A stretch of DNA of 64,000 bases from Squalus acanthias (lineage: Eukaryota). The stretch spans positions 33,604,001-33,668,000 of the forward strand of contig CM059449.1 of the NCBI GenBank assembly GCA_030390025.1. Direction: 5' to 3'. Below, piece after piece: positions 22,826 to 35,714 of this stretch; positions within the stretch are counted from its first letter, which is position 1; every line of letters starts with the position of its first letter. A program made the position numbers and the translations under genes. Under the pieces are notes generated by a model. The model was not told the origin of the DNA. It saw nothing but the letters and a program-made list of their open reading frames with translations, and did not search any database.

Positions 22826-24229
22826 ATTATATAAAACGAAAGGTTTCTTTCAGTAAGGAGAGAACGCATGAATTAACGATATATGGAGATGAATGATGTC
22901 TGGGCGCCTTGGTCCAGTTTTCCCGAAACCTCGAACCCACCTGGAATAATGCACTCAGTGCTAGATGTTCAATAGAAGGGAAATCAGGCGGGTTCTGCAA
23001 ATAGTCTGGGAGCCTCTCCAACTGGTATTACTCTGTGCTCCGCCCACGTGAGGCTTAATATCCAGGCGGTAAAGACGGGAATCTGACCCTTGGTCACCTT
23101 GTGTTCAATGCCAGGCAAGATCAACAGTGATATTCGTAGCACTGGTTTCTTGGTTGCATTTTCACGGTTTGGGAACAGAACTCTACCCTTGTTGGGTGGT
23201 TAGTGCAACAAGTTGCAACATGTTGTTGTGAATACGCACAGTATTGCTTCAAGGTGGGAAATTACAAAATGTTGCTTTGTTGGTATTTTCCGTCTCCAAC
23301 AAAGAGTCGATGTGTCCCTCTGATCTGTGTTGAGGTTATAATTTCATCCAAGGCTGCGACCTGGTGGGATGTGGGATTAGAATTAGCCCCCGTGTTATGG
23401 GCTGGCAGATCCCAGGTACACATTGTTGTTCGATACTGAGTGACCAGCCGCTGGAAGATCCTTGGGCACCTATGTTGGATCGGTCTGTGCTGCGCAGCAC
23501 TGCCACTCACAGTGGAATGTCCTGCTTACTCTCATTCTATGGGCTCGCACCTGAAAATTTGTCACATCAGAGAAATAGGAGAGGTCGCAGGCACCCGCAG
23601 AACTCTGTCTCAGCATCAGGTACCACCTCCCCTAGAGGAGGGCGAGGTCACAGAATGAAAGGAGAATTTCAGAGAGAAAGTGTAAAAACCAAACCAGGGA
23701 AAGACGTAGAAATACATTTCTCCCAGCAACTGTTTAAGTCTTTTTTAAATTAGACTGTCCCACTAACTTATCTAACTTTCCCACGTTTCCACTTTCCCAA
23801 AGACTCTCATGGTCCCGTGGGTGAAATTGCCATTTAATCCATTTACTAGTCCGTTATTAAGACATCAGCATTTTACAATATCATTTTTCAATTCCGAGCC
23901 CTGGGTTTTGTGACTCATATGTTACTGCGGGCTCCTAGAATGATTCACGCCTGGAGGCTCTTCCTCTTGTAGCTTCACTTCCTCTGAAAGAATTAGCATT
24001 CCATTTGTAGAACTTCCTCAATTCAAGATTCTGTGGAACGTCCCAGTTCCCTGAGAACACAACAATAATTTCATGATCACTTTAATCTGTGAAATTATTT
24101 CTTTATTTCTCTGTTATTGTATATTCGTACACAACCAAATTTGAGATCAAAGTGAATCCAATTACTCCTCCGATACCTAGTGCTCTGCCGTGAATCCACC
24201 AAGCTTCTACATCCGTGTTGTCTCAACCG

Positions 24230-25490
24230 ATTACATGGAATTACATGTTAGAATCTTTAACATAGGAACAGGCCATTCGCCTCACTGGTCTAGCTGGTCT
24301 TTATACTCCACAGGGGTGTTATCCTAATCTAATTACTGCTTCAAAACCTGCTCCTATATATCCCTATATTCACTCCTCCCTCAGGTATGCATCAAGCCCA
24401 TTCTTAAAAATAACAATGCTCTCTGCTTCAACCATTCCACGTGGCAGCGAGTTCCACATTCTCAGCACTCTGTGTATCAGGAAATGACTCCGAAATTATT
24501 TACTTAATCTGTAAGTGTCTACAAGAAACCAGATCCAGCCCAGTCCAATCTTTCCTGATAGTTGTGTCCTCTTAATTCTGATAACATCCTTGCAAGTATA
24601 TTCTGTATGTTCCCCAGTGCTTCAATGTCCTTTTTGTAGCATGGCGACCAGAACAGCCCACAGTACCCCAAGTCTGGTCTAACCAAGGCTCTGTATAAAT
24701 GTAACATTACCTCGCAGTTTTATGTTCTGTTCTGCTAAAAATGAACCCCAATACTTTGTTTGCACTTGTTGTGGTGTTATCAGCTTCCGTTGCTACTTCT
24801 AAGGATTTGTGCATCTGTGTTTCCAGATCTGTTTGCGCCTCTACCACATTTAGTTTCTTACCTTCCAAGGAATAGGTGACCACCTTATTCCTCCTACCAA
24901 AATGATCCACCTCACACTTCGCTATATTGCATTTCATTTGTCATGTATTTGCCCACTCTGCAAGCCTGCTTGTGTCTTCTTGTATTTTATTGCAGTCCTC
25001 CACATTATTGGCTGGACACCCCAATTGTTATCATGTGCAAATTTCCACACCAGGTGGGAAAACATCTCCCAAGAAATGTATAACGGATGGCTGATCACCA
25101 AATTCAAAATCATCCCCATACATCGACATTCTGAGTCCAAATCATTGATGTTTCTGGTGGACAACAGTGGTCCCATCACAGATCCCTGCGAGACAGCACT
25201 TCCCACTTGCCGTCAGTCTGGGAAATTTCCCTTACCACCCACCCCCATGTTCTGTATTCTAACCATTTTTCAATTCATTCTAATATCTGACCTCTGACTC
25301 CATAGGCTCTGACCTTTGCCATGAGATTCTTATCGAGCACCTTAAGGAAGGCCTTTTGAATGTCCATGTAGATCACACCTACTGCATTGCCTTTGTTTAT
25401 TCTTTCCATTAATTCTTCAACTTATTCAATAAGGTTGGTTAAACATGGCCTTCCTTTTACAAATTCATGCTGACTAATTTATATTATATT
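24230..25490 (-). mobile_element. Degenerate CR1 LINE (RT to tail), with a short insertion near 25050-25125
   Basis: VSQGSVMGPLL, KCEVDHFG and LYRALVRPDL fragments. Confidence 0.85.
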
Positions 25491-25574
25491 CTCCAGGGGG
25501 AAATTTGTCTCGGGCCCAGCGCAAAACAGTTGATGGTGAAGTGACTGGAAAACATTTAATTTAAGTGGCGTTAC

Positions 25575-25890
25575 TGAGCGACTCTGGCAAGCCATCATTT
25601 ATTGCCCATCCCTTCAGCCTTGACTGCATTAAGAGCCAACTATGTTGGGTGGGATAGAATCACTTGTAAGCCAGACCAGAAAGAGAGTGTCAGTTTTCCG
25701 TCTCTGTAAGACATTAGTGAATCAGTTCGGTTTTATGATAATCCACCAGCTTCCATGGTCATTTTTCTTGTTGATAGCCCACAAATTATCAGATTCATTG
25801 ATTTTAATTTTTCAACTTCCCATATTGGAATTTGGACTCAACACCTTTGGGATACACATCCAGTACTATCGTCACTAGGCTACTGTATTC
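25575..25890 (-). mobile_element. tRNA-type SINE sharing its 3' tail with LINE family B
   Basis: A-box-like TAGCCTAGTG head and tail GGGATGGGCAATAAATGATGGCTTGCCAG. Relatives at 52895-53195 (-) and 55935-56180 (+). Confidence 0.55.
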
Positions 25891-26070
25891 TCCCCCTTAC
25901 TTGTTCTGGAATATTGCTAAAATATTTACAGAATACTGCTTTCATAGTTCTCTGGTACAGCTGAATGAATAGGCAACAGTAAATAATAGAATTCAACTAG
26001 CATTGCGTGCTCTCGTGCTCTGCGCTTCAGCAGGTGGATCCAGGGGGATTTTTTTTACTCATCAACTTAC

Positions 26071-26330
26071 TTGAACTGAGGTTCATCTGCTGTAACGTTC
26101 TGGAAAGTTGCCCTTTCTGATTCCGTGGAAACTGGCTGCAGTAATTATGAGTTCCTCACAGTAACTGGTGTAATAGGAATTCACCATCCACTGCTTCCTT
26201 GGAACCGTTATGTACATATTGCTGTCACAATAGTTTATCTCACAGCCATCCACAACCTCCATTATACAATAGTCCGGAAGATCAGAAATCCCATGGTCCA
26301 GTGTGTAGTGATTCATCAAAGAGTGAGAAT
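26071..26330 (-). pseudogene. Orphan frameshifted alpha1 exon of a paralogous class I gene
   Basis: Translates DSHSLMNHYTLDHGISDLPDY...DGCEI...ITVPRKQWM. Intact TTCTAG/GTAAGT sites, but 260 nt (1 nt short), giving an in-frame TGA at 26085-26083. Carries Y7>N and W60>C. No alpha2/alpha3 partner seen before the next gene. Confidence 0.9.
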
Positions 26331-28519
26331 CTAGAACACCATAACATATTGAAATAACATCAAGTGTTACAAACACCAGTTCACTGAGCAATTTATGCAA
26401 TAGTCTAAACTTATATTCTGACAACAGAAATATTTATTTAGTTAAAATTAATACATCTTTCCTGAGAAGATAAAATGACACCTAAAATATGGAAGTCCGC
26501 CCGTCAGCCCCTCCATCCATCCATCCAGGGTTGATCTTTTTAAACCAGATCCAACCAAACACTCAAACATATTTTGTGGTTTTTTTCAATCGCGGTTATC
26601 TGAACATTCTATTGTCCACAATAAGAGATTACATTTTAAAACGTCAGCTATTATATTTTACAATAGAATAATTAATTCTATTCAATAAATTGTCTTTTGC
26701 ATCTTTTAATGTCTTCCTCAAAGGCCTCCTCCTCTTTCAGAAGCTTGGACTTTGAGTTGAATGGTGACGGTTCAATCTGGGATTGTTAACTAGGCCTAAT
26801 ATCCCAGCATACACCTGTAGCGTTCAGTGAGCGGGGAATATTTTTCTTTATATTTTACCAGGTTTTTCCTCAATGATGTTTCCTAAACTAATATTGAAGA
26901 AACCTGGAGGACCAGTGCCAAATATTTATTGTGGTAAAATATAGGGTGACATTTACTGTAGAAGAAAAAGCCATTGGGCACATTGCAACTCATCCCTCCG
27001 TGGACAGGACTTTCCGAGTAGATACGAACTGCATTGGGAACACCGCCAATGATTACCATTCGTGCTTTCCTACTGAAGAATTTATCGTAGCTTTCATCAT
27101 CCTTGAGAAAAGTTGCTCCTAATATTAGTTTTCAACTCCCAAGCCATTAACCTAGATCTGTGTCATCTGACTTCCTTTAAACTGCTATTCTGCACTTTTG
27201 AAAGTGGCCGTAACACACTGATCTGAAATCACCCTGTGGGGCGGTGTGACCCCATAACACACTGATATGAAATCGCACATTCTTCCAGTTTTGTGTTGAA
27301 CCTGTGTCCCCCAGTGAGAGTTTCCAATCTTTCTCAACCAGACCACGCCATTCCTCACGCACAAATACTCTATCACAAATATCTCATGGCTTTCGGTCAA
27401 GCAAGACTAAGGAAAGTTGCTGCTGGAGCCCAGCTACCAAAACAGCCCACTCTCCCTTAACTGAGGATTTAGTACTGCTCCATATTGAAGGCAGGTTGGA
27501 GGAAAGGCTCAGGGAAGCACGGACACAGAATGTACGCTGAGTGGGGACTTCAATGTCCACCGCCAGAAGTAGCCTTGTTGTCTCTGCACTGGTAAAGTTG
27601 GAGCACTTGTACTGGACCTAGAATTTTCGTACCTGGTAAGGTTTCGGTGCTGATTATTGAATGCGAATACTGTTGAATGAATAATACTGGTACATGGAAC
27701 TGTGCCCTTTAACTTGTATAGCAGAGGTTCTCCACAGCAGTTACTACACTGGCGGGGTCTAGTCATGGTGTGGATCCGCGGAATGAAGGCAGACGGGAAA
27801 TGTGCCTTGTTTTCAGCACAAGTCCTGGGATATGGAATATTGGACATTACATATTCGCTGCAGTTTGTTTGTTCATGGTTTGTTTTGCTGTTATGCAGCA
27901 AATTGCAAAGGTTTCAAGGATCTCTAGCTGTCTTCTCACGGTTGGAACACTGAACATGCGGAACTGTGCAGCACGTAACGGAAACAGCTTTGTTGAAGGG
28001 ACGTGGGTGTCTGTCCAGTTCGGCAGATGCTAAAGCCGCAAAGTTTCGTTTTATGTCAGTCAGAGTCTAACAGTGTTAGCAGAAAGTCACTGCACATAAA
28101 CCGCAAGCGACAACAAATGTAGCACAGAGCACATTGCTTAATGCATCCACAACATCTTACACAGTCGGATCACGGCATCGACCATTCCGTGCCCAGCTCT
28201 CATTACATCTATTGTGTATACAGAGGGACTTTAGCTCCAACTAGGAAATGACAATGCTATTCTAAATGGTGAATTCACTTTCGTCCGCTTTCTTTCGGTA
28301 TTTTCAGACTCAGATTTGTTAAAATAGAATACTTGGAAACTCCAGCGGATCCAGTAAATTGGAACGTTGCATTGGGAAGTTATTCGGATCCGCCATTCCT
28401 GTATCGGGAATGCACAACAGGCCAGAATTGTAGGAGCGCAGATATGTACATTAAAAAAGGCACTGTTTGAAAAGTTTCTGGGACCCGATAACGGTACTCA
28501 ACAGATGCGATATTTTAAA

Positions 28520-28559
28520 AACATAAGAACATAAGAGCAGAAGTAGGACATATCCCCCC

Positions 28560-28592
<33 letters not shown>

Positions 28593-29800
28593 CCCCGAGC
28601 CTGCTCCACCGTTCACTAAGAACATAGCTGATCACCGACCTCAGCTCCACTTTCCGGACGATCTCCATATCCCTTGATTTACCTAAAGTCCAAAAAATCT
28701 ATCTAGCATAGCCTTGAATAGACTCAAAGACTCAGCATCCACATCCCTCTGGGGCAGAGAATTCCAAAGATTCACAACCCTCTGAGTGAAGAAATTCTTC
28801 CTCATCTCAGTCTTATATGGCCGACTCCTTATCCTGAGACTATGCCCCCTTGTTCTAGACACTCCAGCCAGGGGAAACAACCGCTCAATCTACCCTGTCA
28901 ATCCCATTCAGAATCTTGAATGTTTCAATGAGATCACCTCTCACTCTTCTAAACTACAGAGAGTATAGGCCCATTCGAAAAAATCTCTCGTCATAGGACA
29001 GCCCTCTCATTCCAGGAATCAATCTAGTGAACATTCGTTGCACCGCCTCCAAGGCAAGTATATCCTTCCTTAGATAAGGAGTCCAAAACTGTGCACAGTA
29101 CTCGAGGTGTGGTTTCACCATGCCCTGTACAATTGTAGCAATACTTCCTTACTCTTAAACTCCAAACCCCTTGCAATAAAGTACAACATGCTATTTGCCT
29201 TCCTTATTGCTTGCTGTACCTACATGATAGCTTTCTGTGTTTCTTGCACGAGAACACCCAAATATCTCTGAACATCAATATTTGAAAGTTTCTCACCATT
29301 TAAAAAGTATTCTGTTTTTCTATTCTTCCTACCTCACATTTCCCTACATTATACTTCATCTGCCACCTTACTGCCCACTCACATAGTCTATCTATGTGCC
29401 TTTGCAGACACTTTGTGTTCTCCTCATAGCTTACTGTCCCACCTAGCTTTGTATCATCAGCAAACTTGGATACATTACACTCGGTCTGTTGATCTACGTC
29501 ATTAATATAGATTGTAAATAGCTGAGGCTCCAACACTGATCCCTGCAGCACCCCACTAGTTCCAGCCTGCCAACCTGAAAAAAGATCCGTTTATCCCTAT
29601 TCTCTGTTCTCTGTCTGTTAACCAATCCTCTATCCATGCTACTATATTACCTCCAACCCCATGAGCCCGAATCTGGTGTAATAATCTTTTATTTGGCACC
29701 TTATCGAATGCCTTCTGGAAATTCAAATATATTACATCCACTGGTTCCCCTTTATCTACCCTGCTAGTTACATCCTCAAAAAACTCTAATAATTTTGTTC
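28520..29800 (-). mobile_element. CR1 LINE (RT to tail) with poly-C expansion in the tail
   Basis: DVIYLNFQKAFDKV, QGSVL, KFADDTK and FFTQRVVNLW motifs. Confidence 0.93.
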
Positions 29801-30509
29801 GGTTTATATAACCCCTGATTTATATCAATGTTTGAACGCCGATTTTATGGGAAAGGTGTCATTATTAAAGTTTGTTGTTAACTTGGCTGCATTGTACCAA
29901 TTACGGAAGGTGGATTTAATATTATTTAAAGGGGTACTTCATTCACGGGAAAGCTCAAATGTCCACAGGTATATCTAACACCTTCCTCCCTCCTCCCGCC
30001 CCCGCCTGTGTTTTAATCTTTAAACCTGCTGGTTTGGGCACCGTGCCAGGCCAGGAGGTAAGGACGGAATTCCTTGTTCAAAACAAGTATGAAGATTCCT
30101 TCCAGTCACATCATAAATGGCCAGTGAGACCCCCGTGCGGGGGAGGAACTTTACCAGCAAACCAAGACTCAGTGTCTGGGCTCCCCCATGAAACCCAGAC
30201 TGAAAGGTGTTCTATCCGATGTCAGTTGGTTCCTGTGCACTCCACCGTGAGTCACTGCCTCCGGTATAGGAGAGAACAAATAGTTCATCCCCACCCCAAA
30301 ACAATAGAAACATTCTCGAAACCGCACATTTCAATTCGGTGATAGTGAGAAACAGACCTGGAGATATAAAGTTGTTGTTTATTTGAAATCATTCTGGTTA
30401 GCAATAAGAAAATAAATCCATGAAAATGAAAAATTAGCTGATAGTTAGGTTTCTTGGATTATACGCTTTGGGCCCGTCACGAACTACAACACCGAACACT
30501 TTACTTCAC

Positions 30510-31300
30510 GTGGTGCATTACATCGTGTTTACAGCACAGAAACAGGCCATTCGGCCCAACTGGCCCCTGCCAGTGTTTATGCACCACACCAGCCTCCTCC
30601 CGCTCTATTTGCTTCATCTCACCCTATTAACATATCCTTCTATTCCTTTCTCCCTCATGTACTTAAGTAGCTTCACCTTAAATATGTCTATGCTATTCGC
30701 CCTAACCACTCCACGTGATAGCGAGTTCCACATTCTCACCGCTCTCTGAGTAAAGAAGCTTCTCCTGAATTTCTTGTTTGATTTATTAGTGATTATCTTA
30801 TATTTGTGCAGCCTAGATTTGGACTCCCCACAAGTAGAAACATTATCTCTAAGTCTACTCTATCGAACTCCTTCATAATCTGAAAGATTTCTAGAGAAAA
30901 GAGCCCCAGCCTGTTCATTTTTTCCTGATAGTTATAACCTCTCAGTCAAGTGACATCCTTGCAAACAATTCTTTCTCCAAAGCATCTATTTCATTGTTTA
31001 TAATATGCAGACCAGAATTGTGCACAATACTCTAAATGTGGTCTAAGCAAGGTTCAATAAAAGTTTAACATAACTTCCCTGCTTTTGAATGGTATTTATC
31101 TAGAAATTAACCCCAGTGCTTTGTTTGCATTTTATGGTCTTATTAAACAGTGTTGCTGCATTTAATAATTTGTGTGCATGTATTCCTAGATCACTTTGCT
31201 GCTCTACCCCAGTTACACACTTATTTTCCAAGGAGTATGTGCCCTCCTTATTCCTCCTACCAAAATGTACCACCTCATTTTTATCTGTATTGAAATAGAT
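30510..31300 (-). mobile_element. Degenerate CR1 3' fragment
   Basis: FNTDKNEVVHFGRRN and DLGIH motifs; CR1 tail. Confidence 0.85.
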
Positions 31301-31699
31301 AATTGACCAACTGAGAGGAAAATTCACCCTAATGAAATAGTAAAGCCGCACTTAAGAGTGGGTTGGGATATCATTGTGCACAATGCAGAGAGCAAATCTG
31401 CCCCTGGGTTATAATTAGGTTTATACAGATTGTTGAGGAACAGTTCGTCCAAGATTTTAAAAAATGCAATGCATTTTAATATTGCAGAAAATGCTCTACA
31501 ATGTGTAAAACTCGTGTTGCTGATATTTCTGCTGTCCTGACACGCACCTCTAGCTGTTCTTTGCTCCTCGGGGTTGGAGAGCAAAGAGCAAATGGATTTC
31601 TGGAGACAGTTCATGGTGGGGTCACTGCGGGTCCTGGGGCGGAAGCTCCCTTATGCAGCGGGTGCGAGTGTTTGTACAGTCTGGTCCGTATTTTCCGCT

Positions 31700-33425
31700 C
31701 GGAGGCTTCCCGCGGACGGAAACCCCCGATCAGCAAAAAAGATTCGTACCGACCTGAAGTCACTGCGCCCACGGAGATTTTCGCTTTCTGGAGGAGGAAT
31801 CCTGGGCAGCGTATGACGTCACGCTGCCCAGGAGCGCAGCGTGCGCGCAGCCTCGTGTTTCGATCGGAGGGTAGACCCGCCCACAAGAGCGATCTATATT
31901 TATATTTGCATAGGCCACGCCCCCGAATTCTTGAACTCTTCAGAGGCGTTCAACACTGAACGCAGCTGTGAATCTCAATGGTAAGTTCTTTCTTTATAGG
32001 GATTTAAAAACTTTTGTAAACTTTAAAAACTTTTAAAGACTTTTTACATGGATTTGAAGAATCTTATATAGTTTTAAATAGTTTTAAACAGAATTCAAGC
32101 AATTTAAAGAGTTTGAAATGCCCTGAAAACATTTTCATTAATTTTAATTCATCAGCAAATTGAAATGGAAGGACCAAGCACAATTCGCATGATCAAGAGA
32201 GCTCAGAATTTCACTGGTGATGAATTCAGCACACTCCTCAATGAGGTTGAGGCGAAACATTGGGAATGATAACTCCAGAGCGCCGTGCAAAGGACAGATG
32301 ACAGCTTGGACAGAAGTTGCCCAGGCTGTCAGCGGCATTCCATGGACAGCGGAACAATGCCGCAAAAAAAATAATGATTTGATGCGATCTGCCAAGGTTT
32401 GTAGAGTTATTAGAAATGTCAATTGCAATACTTGTTTAAATTTAACTGAACTATTTTGAAAAAATATCTTATATGCACGGGTGTTCTAAAGTGACTTCAT
32501 TATCCAGGCATCTGAGCTTGTCATAAAATTTTATGGATCTGGGGTTAGCTCCCGGTCATCCATTCTTTACTCTACAGCTTTGAGTTCTGAAATTTCAAAT
32601 AGTGAAAAACAACCCTGTCTCCAAAGCAGCATGTGGTCCTGTCTCAAAGGCAGGTGGGTGGTCGGTGCGGGAAAAACTGAAGTTACCATTTTATTCTGTT
32701 TACATTTTAGAGTAAAATTGTTAACAACGCCAGAGGGCGTGCCCTGACACGCGGTGGTGTTGTCAGTCTGAGGGAGTTATAGGAGCAAGAGGAAATTGTC
32801 ACGCAATTGCTTGGAATCAGTCGTGGCAGTTCAGTGCCTGGTGCCCAATCAGACATTGGGGTAAGGAAAGGTGAGCTGGCCTGTCCAACTTTATGCTTAA
32901 AACTGTTAGGTGTGCCTTGAATATCAGCTTCTGTGATGTGGCAGATCGTGCTTCACCTTTGTAAATGTTTATTGTTTCCTTCCCACAGGTGTACAGCTTC
33001 CTTCTCACACACGGGATGAACAGTGCGTTGAGTCTGCGGGTGCAGAGGGCATTGGGGAACGGGTTACAGATGCAGTGGGGTCAGTAAGTGAGGTGGAGGA
33101 GGAGAAGGAATTTTTGCTGCGTCAGCTAGTGGAAGGGTGGGGTATGTACCCTGGGTGGCTGCAGAGCACCTTTCCATCTCCTGGCCGCTCTAGCTCTGTA
33201 CCAGGCACAGATGACTGTTGTTCGACAGCCAGACACCAACCTGATACAGCAGAGCAGGTGGGAGAAGCAGCAAGACGTTCAACGCAACGGAATGACATAG
33301 ATGCTCAGATGCAACAGGTTGAAGGGTTGAGGTAAGAGATGTGTACACTTCATGTGAAGAAAGTTGACTTTCTTGCCTCTTTCAGACAGGCAATTAATGA
33401 TGTTATTATGGCACTTGGTCAGATC
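31700..33425 (+). mobile_element. Second defective Harbinger-type element, Myb/SANT-like ORF remnant
   Basis: 32165-32396 translates MEGPS..KRAQNFTGDEFSTLLNEV...AWTEVAQAVSGIPWTAEQCRKKNNDL (frameshifted). Next exon near 32711 translates SKIVNNARGRALTRGG. Truncated by a CR1; left boundary uncertain. Confidence 0.65.
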
Positions 33426-35714
33426 TCGGAGCGGCTGCAGGGCATTCTGGAGGGGGAGGGTGAACAGCCAGGTGTCGTGGTGCATATAGGTACCAACGAT
33501 ATAGCTACAAAACGGGATGAGATCCTAAAAGCTGAATATAGGGAGTTAGGAGGTAAATTAAAAAATAGGACCTCAAAGGTGGTAATCTCAGGATTGCTAC
33601 CGGTGCCACTTGCTAGTCAGATTAGAAATAGAAGGATATTTCAGATGAATACGTGGCAAGAGGAATGGTGAAAGGGGGAGCGATTCAAATTCCTGTGGCA
33701 TTGGAACCGGTTCTGGGGGAGGCGGGACCAGTACAAACTGGACGGTTTGCACCTGGGCAGGACCGGGACCGAAGTCCTAGGGGGAGCGTTTGCTAGTGGT
33801 GTTGGGGAGGGTTTAAACTAAAATGGCAGGGGTTTGGGAAACTGTGCAGGGAAACAGAGGAAAGGGAAGCAAGGATAGAAGCAAAAGACAGGAAGGAGAA
33901 AAGCAAAAGTGGAAGGCAGAGAAATCAAGGGTGTAAATCAAACAGGGCCACAGTAAATAATAATTCTAAAAGGAATAAAAGTGTTAAAAAAACAAGCCTG
34001 AAAACTTTGTGTCTTAATGCGAGGAGCATTCGTAATAAGATGGATGAATTAGCTGCGCAAATAGATGTAAACGGATATGATATAATTGGGATTACGGAGA
34101 CATGGCTCCAGGGTGACCAAGGCTGGGAATTCAACATCCAGGGGTATTCAATATTCAGGAAGGACAGACAAAAAGGAAAAGGAGGTGGGGTAGCATTGCT
34201 GGTTAAAGAGGAGATTAACACAATAGTAAGGAAGGATATTAGCTCTGATGATGTGGAATCTGTATGGGTAGAGCTGAGAAATTCCAAGGGGCAGAAAACG
34301 TTAGTGGGATTTGTATACAGACCCCCAAACAGTAATGCTGAGGTTGGGGATGGAATTAAATGGGAAATTAGAGATGCGTGCAATAAGGGCACAGCAGTTA
34401 TCTTAGGTGACTTTAATCTACATATAGATTGGGCTAACCAAATTAGTAACAATACTGTGGAGGAGGAATTCCTAGAGTGTATACGGGATGGTTTCTTGGA
34501 CCAATATGTCGAGGAACCAACTAGAGATCAGGCCATCTTAGACTGGGTATTATGTAATGAGAAAGGATTAATTAGCAATCTTGTTGTTCGAGGCCCCTTG
34601 GGGAGGAGCAATCATAATATGATAGAATTCTTCATTAAGATGGAGATTGAAGTAGTTGACTCCGAGACGAGGGTCCTGAATTTAAATAAAGGAAACTGCG
34701 ATGTTATGAGGCGTGAGTTGGTTAGGATGGATTGGGGAATGTTACTTAAAGCGTTGATGGTGGATAGGCAATGACAAACAATTAAAGATTGCATGGAAGA
34801 ACTACATAATTTGTTCATCACTGTTTGGCATAAAAATAAATAAAAAAGTTGACTCAACCGTGGCTAGCAATGGAAATTAGGGATAGCGTAAGATCCAAGG
34901 AGAGGGCATCTCAATTGGCCAGAAAAATCAGCAAACCTGAGGATTGGGAGCAGTTTAGGATTCAGCAAAGGAGGACAAAGGGATTAATTAAGCGGGGGGA
35001 AATAGAGTATGAGAGTAAGCTTTCAGGGAATATAAAAACTGACTGTAAAAGCTTCTATAGATATGTGAAGAGAAAAAGATTGGTGAAGTCAAGCCTACGT
35101 CCCTTGCAGTCAGAATCAGGGGAATTTATAATGGGGAACAAAGAAATGGCGGACAAATTAAATACATACTTTGGTTCTGTCTTCACAAAGGAGGACACAA
35201 ATAACCTCCCTGAGATGTCCGGGAACATAGGGTCGAATGACAGTGAGGAATTGAATGAAATCAGTGTTTGTAGGGAAATGGTGTTAGGGAAATTGACGGG
35301 ATTGAAGGCCAATAAATCCCCAGGGCCTGATAATCTACATCCTAGGGTACTTAAGGAAGTGGCCTTAGAAATAGTAGATGCATTGCTGGTCATCTTCCAA
35401 AATTCTATAGACTCTGGAACAGTTCCCAAGGATTGGAGGGTAGCTAATGTAACCCCACTATTTAAAAAAGGTGGTAGAGAGAAAATCGGGATTTATAGAC
35501 AGGTAAGCCTGACATCGGCAGTGCAGAAAATGCTAGAGTCCATTATAAAAGATGTAATAGCAGAGCACTTGGAAAACAGTGACAGGATCGGACAAAGTCA
35601 ACATGGATGTACAAAAGGTAAATCATGCTTGACTAATCTGCTGGAATTTTTTGAGGATGTAACTGGTAGAATAGATAAGGGAGAACCAGTGGATGTGGTG
35701 TATTTGGACTTTCA
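33421..35714 (+). mobile_element. CR1 LINE: ORF1 esterase C-terminus, APE endonuclease, RT N-terminus
   Basis: VVVHIGTND (SGNH esterase); CLNARSI, GITETW, GDFN and ILDWVL (APE); PGPD and VYLDF (RT). Broken at 35714 by family B LINE. Confidence 0.95.

Noticed and set aside
26859-26905. Degenerate leader exon for the 26 kb pseudo-alpha1
   Set aside because: Ends CCTG/GTAA like the proximal leader but has no ATG, the wrong length (47 nt) and stops; too weak. An ISRE-like AGTTTCGTTTT at 28042 is likewise unsupported.
28520-35714. One CR1 split by an inversion (minus 3' half at 28.5-29.8 kb, plus 5' half at 33.4-35.7 kb)
   Set aside because: The overlapping region of about 75 nt differs at many positions, indicating independent copies.
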